DNA from: Microthyrium microscopicum
Lineage: Eukaryota
DNA length: 64,000 nt
Reading direction: 5' to 3'
NCBI GenBank assembly: GCA_010405405.1
Contig: MU004237.1
Span: forward strand, 286,191-350,190
Shown: positions 60,323 to 64,000 of the stretch, piece by piece
Layout: each line of letters opens with the position of its first letter
How positions within the stretch are numbered: the first letter of the stretch is position 1
Translations under genes and position numbers: made by a program
Notes under the pieces: generated by a model
Told to the model about the DNA's origin: nothing
Seen by the model: only the letters and a program-made list of their open reading frames with translations
Database searches by the model: none

Positions 60323-61001
60323 ATGGCAGTCTTCGAAATGGACGACGAAGTTCCACCACCGGTTACTATAGAGCAGAGAGAGTTTCTCGCAAACTTCTGG
60401 AAAGGCTTGGAGCATTCCAAGAAAACCAAGTACATGGAAGACACCTTAAGAGGGGAGATGCTTCTCAGCAACGACTACAAGGTCAACGAGGTTAGAAGAA
60501 ACCTCCAAGGTGCGTGGGAAGACTATACTGACAAGGCTCTACCTATAGGAATGGCTCACATCTGGTCTGGACGAGATGGTCTGCAGAACCAACTTCCATA
60601 ACATCCCAGTACGCGCGGTTCGTAGAGCAATCCGATACTTCCATCTGGAGAACAATGAGCCGTTCAAGGTTGTTAAACCTTCCAAGTCAATTTTCGATCT
60701 GGAGTTCATCCCAGGCATGAGAATGAACACAGACGATGATGCTCCACTGTACTCGTCGACTGGCGGCGGCCAGTTCACTCACAGCCCTTACTACCGCAAT
60801 CCACACTTCGACCTCGCCAAATTGGAAGCAGAGGAAAGCCAAATGTTCGCGACGAACCCCGAGGCTGTCTACGCGCGTCGTTTCCAGAGACGCATGAACG
60901 CCCTGGAACACCGCTGCGGCTTGCTTGTTATGCTGCTGCTAGGCGAGGGCATTGACGTGCCGGAGAAGTTCAAGACTACTGACAACATCCCTCTCCGATA
61001 G
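60323..61001 (+). CDS. Hypothetical protein (~206 aa, 2 exons)
   Basis: Intron 60491..60548 (GTTAGA..CTGAC..TAG) joins ORFs 60323..60601 and 60576..61001 in frame. Confidence 0.65.
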
Positions 61002-62356
61002 ATCACAAGCCGAGTGTATGGCTGCTCGCGAAATTATGGATGGATCTGACCTTGGGGATGAGAATGACTGTGAGAGCCTTCAATGACCGGAACTTTGAGA
61101 AGCCTCAGCATATCATGCTTCCTGTTGTTGTGGGCGGAAACGTTGCCTACAAGCTGGGTTTGAGGTCGTGGTTTCGGCTAATGTTGTTAGTTTTCGTCAC
61201 ACCAAAATTATCATGAAATAACCTGATTTACAAATCATCTTCCGCGTGTGCTGTGCTTCGCGTAAATTGTGTTCTCGTGAAGGTTGATTCGGTTGTGGAC
61301 TTGTCATTTAACAGACTTTGGGCGTGATGGTGTCCAGCAGAGCTTACAAAATAAAAGTACCGCATGATCAACCAGGCAACATGTTGTCGAAAGTTGAGGC
61401 CTTCATTTCCAGCAGTTTTGGTGTTTCTGGATGAAGTTGGAGTTGAGCAATCGAGATCTTAGCGTGCGCTAGTGCCATCGACTCCGGCGACATGGTCACA
61501 GCGCCCTCGTGTCGCGCCTCCGGGCCCCTCTACCAAATCTGGTTTAGCTCATCTTTATCCCAACAACTTCCAACTTTCATCAACTTGAACGCTTTCAATA
61601 CAAAGCATGGCACACCAAGAACGAAACCGAGCGCCGAACAAAAGACCAAGAAATCAGAGTATCTTCGCTGGTCGTACGAAGGCTCGAGCCGGGCCTTTCA
61701 TTTCAACGAGCATGCAAGGATCTCGATTTGAAGAGGACCACATGCACTGCCATCGAATGGTTTGCATGTCTTGTCTGGATTGGCAAATGTAGATCTTGGA
61801 CTGAATAAATGCATGCCTCTAGGTGCTGGCACCAATACATCTGCTGCAGGTGGGAAGCTGGACTTGAAATGACCCAGTCAATTCAGGAACAGATAAATGC
61901 GGATGCCCAAAGAAAAGTCAATACTAACGCAGACCGATCGGAATCGTCTAGCTTAGCAGAGGGCTGGCAATATTACAACTTTGGCATATTACACTTGTGT
62001 TTGGTCATGGTGATCTTCGCGGGCTCCGCGAGGCAAGAGAACTTCATTCATCTCTAAGCGACTGGTGATTTCAAGAGCCTTGGCATCTGGAGAAAAGACG
62101 AGAAGTGTAACCACGATTGATGCAAGATATGCAGCCACTGTACATAACTCTCCATCCCGATCATGCATGCGAGATGCAGCAAAGAGAGAACTCGACAAGA
62201 ATTGAGTAGAGCAATATAGTTGAAGTAAAAAGGTACAAACAGATGCTAACCACTATAAAGGTAGCGTATCCTTTGGTCAGAGTACGTTATGATTTAGACT
62301 TCCTGCAAATTTGTGTACTTTGCATCACTCCGAGTTCCTGGGCATTTCCAGTCACG

Positions 62357-64000
62357 ATGATCAGCGCAACTTCGTTGTGTCTACTGCTCACCATTTGGTC
62401 CGCACTGACTTATTTTCCGGTAGTGTTCGCAGCTGATCCAAGTATCGACCTGGGATACGTCAAATATATTGGAAAGCCAGGTTCTGCTATTAAGTATGCG
62501 AACAATTCAGCGTAATGGACCAGATGCCTTGTTTTGAATTTCGATGGCTGATCTGGGAATAGTGCACCATATCATTTCGCCTTGCCATATGCTTACCCAC
62601 CCGTCGGCTCTCTGAGATGGCTTGCTCCAAAGCCAATCTATGGGAGCCCGCCATCAACCATTAGTATCATCAGTGCAATAGTCCCCGGCCCTGCTTGTAT
62701 TCAAGGCGTTCCTGCATGGCACGCTAATCCCTTCGCGAGCCCTACGTGTCCAGTCTCTGAAGCTTGCCTCACTCTCGATATCATCACGCCGAATAATGCC
62801 AACAATCTACCAGTCATGCTTCGTATCCATGGTGGTGGCTACACTGAAGGACAATCCGAATACAGTAATGGTATACCTGATTTGACACACTCGAAATGGG
62901 CCTTCGTATGGGTCAGTATACAATATAGATTGGGCGCATATGGCTTCTTTGAACGTCGGGGAGAATGGAGGTGAGGTCGATACCGTATTACTGGATCAGC
63001 GAGCTGCAATCGACTGGGTCAAGAATACTTTGCGAACTTTGGCGATGACCCAAATCACATCCCGCTTGAAGGGGGAAGTGCGGGAGGTGGCAGCGTGACT
63101 GCAAAAATGATATTACGGGGGGCCTAAGGAGAGGCGCCTTTTGTAGCAGCTATTGCAGAATATCTCTGGTGGCCACCTCACCATGAGACGAATGTCCAAG
63201 TGAGTCAATTTCAAGACATACTACAAGAAACTGGATGCCCAGATGTGGCTTGCTTGAGGAGTTGGGGTGAACGAAAACTCGCCAATGTGACTCGGAAAAC
63301 ATATGTGACTGCATATTTCAACCATCAATATGGGTATGGAGATTTCTACTTTGGACCAGTAGTAGACGGCAAAGTCATACTTGATCTTCCTTCACGGGAA
63401 TTCGAGCGAGGTCGTTTTCGTCAGGTATTTAAACCATCGCATCGACTTTTCTGCAACGAGGGAATTTAATAAAGCTCCAGGTACCACTGATGACCACTCA
63501 TACACAATATGAGTTCTTCATCTTCTCCAATGGCACGATGAAAACGGGACTGGAGTTGATTAGCGACCTCAAGCAATTCTTCCCAAACGCGACCAATCCT
63601 TTCGTTGAGCAGATCATCCTACTCTATCCTACAGCAAAATCATAGCAGCACACACACTATTCCGGAGAATCGCAATTTATAGTGATGCAATATTGAAATG
63701 CCCGAGCAGGTGGATGGCCGAGGCCGGTACAGCATAAAACCAGCCCGCCAGAAAGATGATTTTCCATGCGAGTAGTCAAATCCACGGTGCAGAAGCAGTT
63801 TATTGGCTTTCTCGAAGTTATGGGAGTATGCATTGGAAGTATGAAGCATTTCGCACAAGACTAACATAATCTAGGCAAAAGTGGCTCACACGTTACGCCT
63901 GCAAAGGACATGAAGGATTGGCTTATCAGCCTTGTCGTCCAGGAAGATCCAAATAGTCTGACATGGTCTCCCAGCTTGACAAAACCCGCATGCCCTAAGT
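62357..64000 (+). pseudogene. Type-B carboxylesterase/lipase pseudogene (runs off window end)
   Basis: Signal peptide, PYAYPPVGSLRW, SEACLTLDI, IHGGGY, IQYRLGAYGF, LLDQRAAIDWV and GGSAGGGSV are recognisable. They are broken by frameshifts near 62950-63035 and an in-frame TAA at 63125. Confidence 0.8.

Noticed and set aside
60323..61001. Overlapping ORFs suggesting programmed frameshift
   Set aside because: A canonical 58-nt intron (60491..60548) joins them in frame.
1..64000. Genome-wide TAG reassignment as explanation for HIR1
   Set aside because: PKC1, OPI3, AA9 and others end at TAG at their expected conserved C-termini.

Overview
Gene-dense nuclear DNA of a filamentous ascomycete (Pezizomycotina; short GT-AG introns with CTRAY branch sites). 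No prokaryotic features, CRISPR or intact transposon. About 25 protein genes are present. Housekeeping genes: DAD3, nrc-2/Kin82-type kinase, OPI3, GID4/VID24, HIR1/HIRA, LARP1-like, DIM-5/Clr4 H3K9 methyltransferase, CWF19, PKC1. Accessory genes: lipocalin, GNAT, inactive-looking membrane aspartic protease, luciferase-family protein, XIP aquaporin, AA9 LPMO, carboxylesterase pseudogene. The most notable observations are absent from the ORF track. (1) A U6 snRNA gene is split by a 53-nt spliceosomal intron in its catalytic core. (2) HIR1 continues in frame for 172 codons through two TAG-CAR-TCT stops to a basic chromatin-binding-like motif (readthrough, editing or alternative splicing). (3) A ~1-kb ORF-less, helix-dense minus-strand RNA candidate lies at 10.1-11.1 kb; telomerase RNA is a hypothesis, and no canonical template is present. 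(4) A chromodomain is hidden in small exons upstream of the DIM-5 SET ORF. (5) There is a three-member orphan membrane-protein family and a 16-bp-period minisatellite. Exon boundaries were derived by eye and may be off by a few bases.
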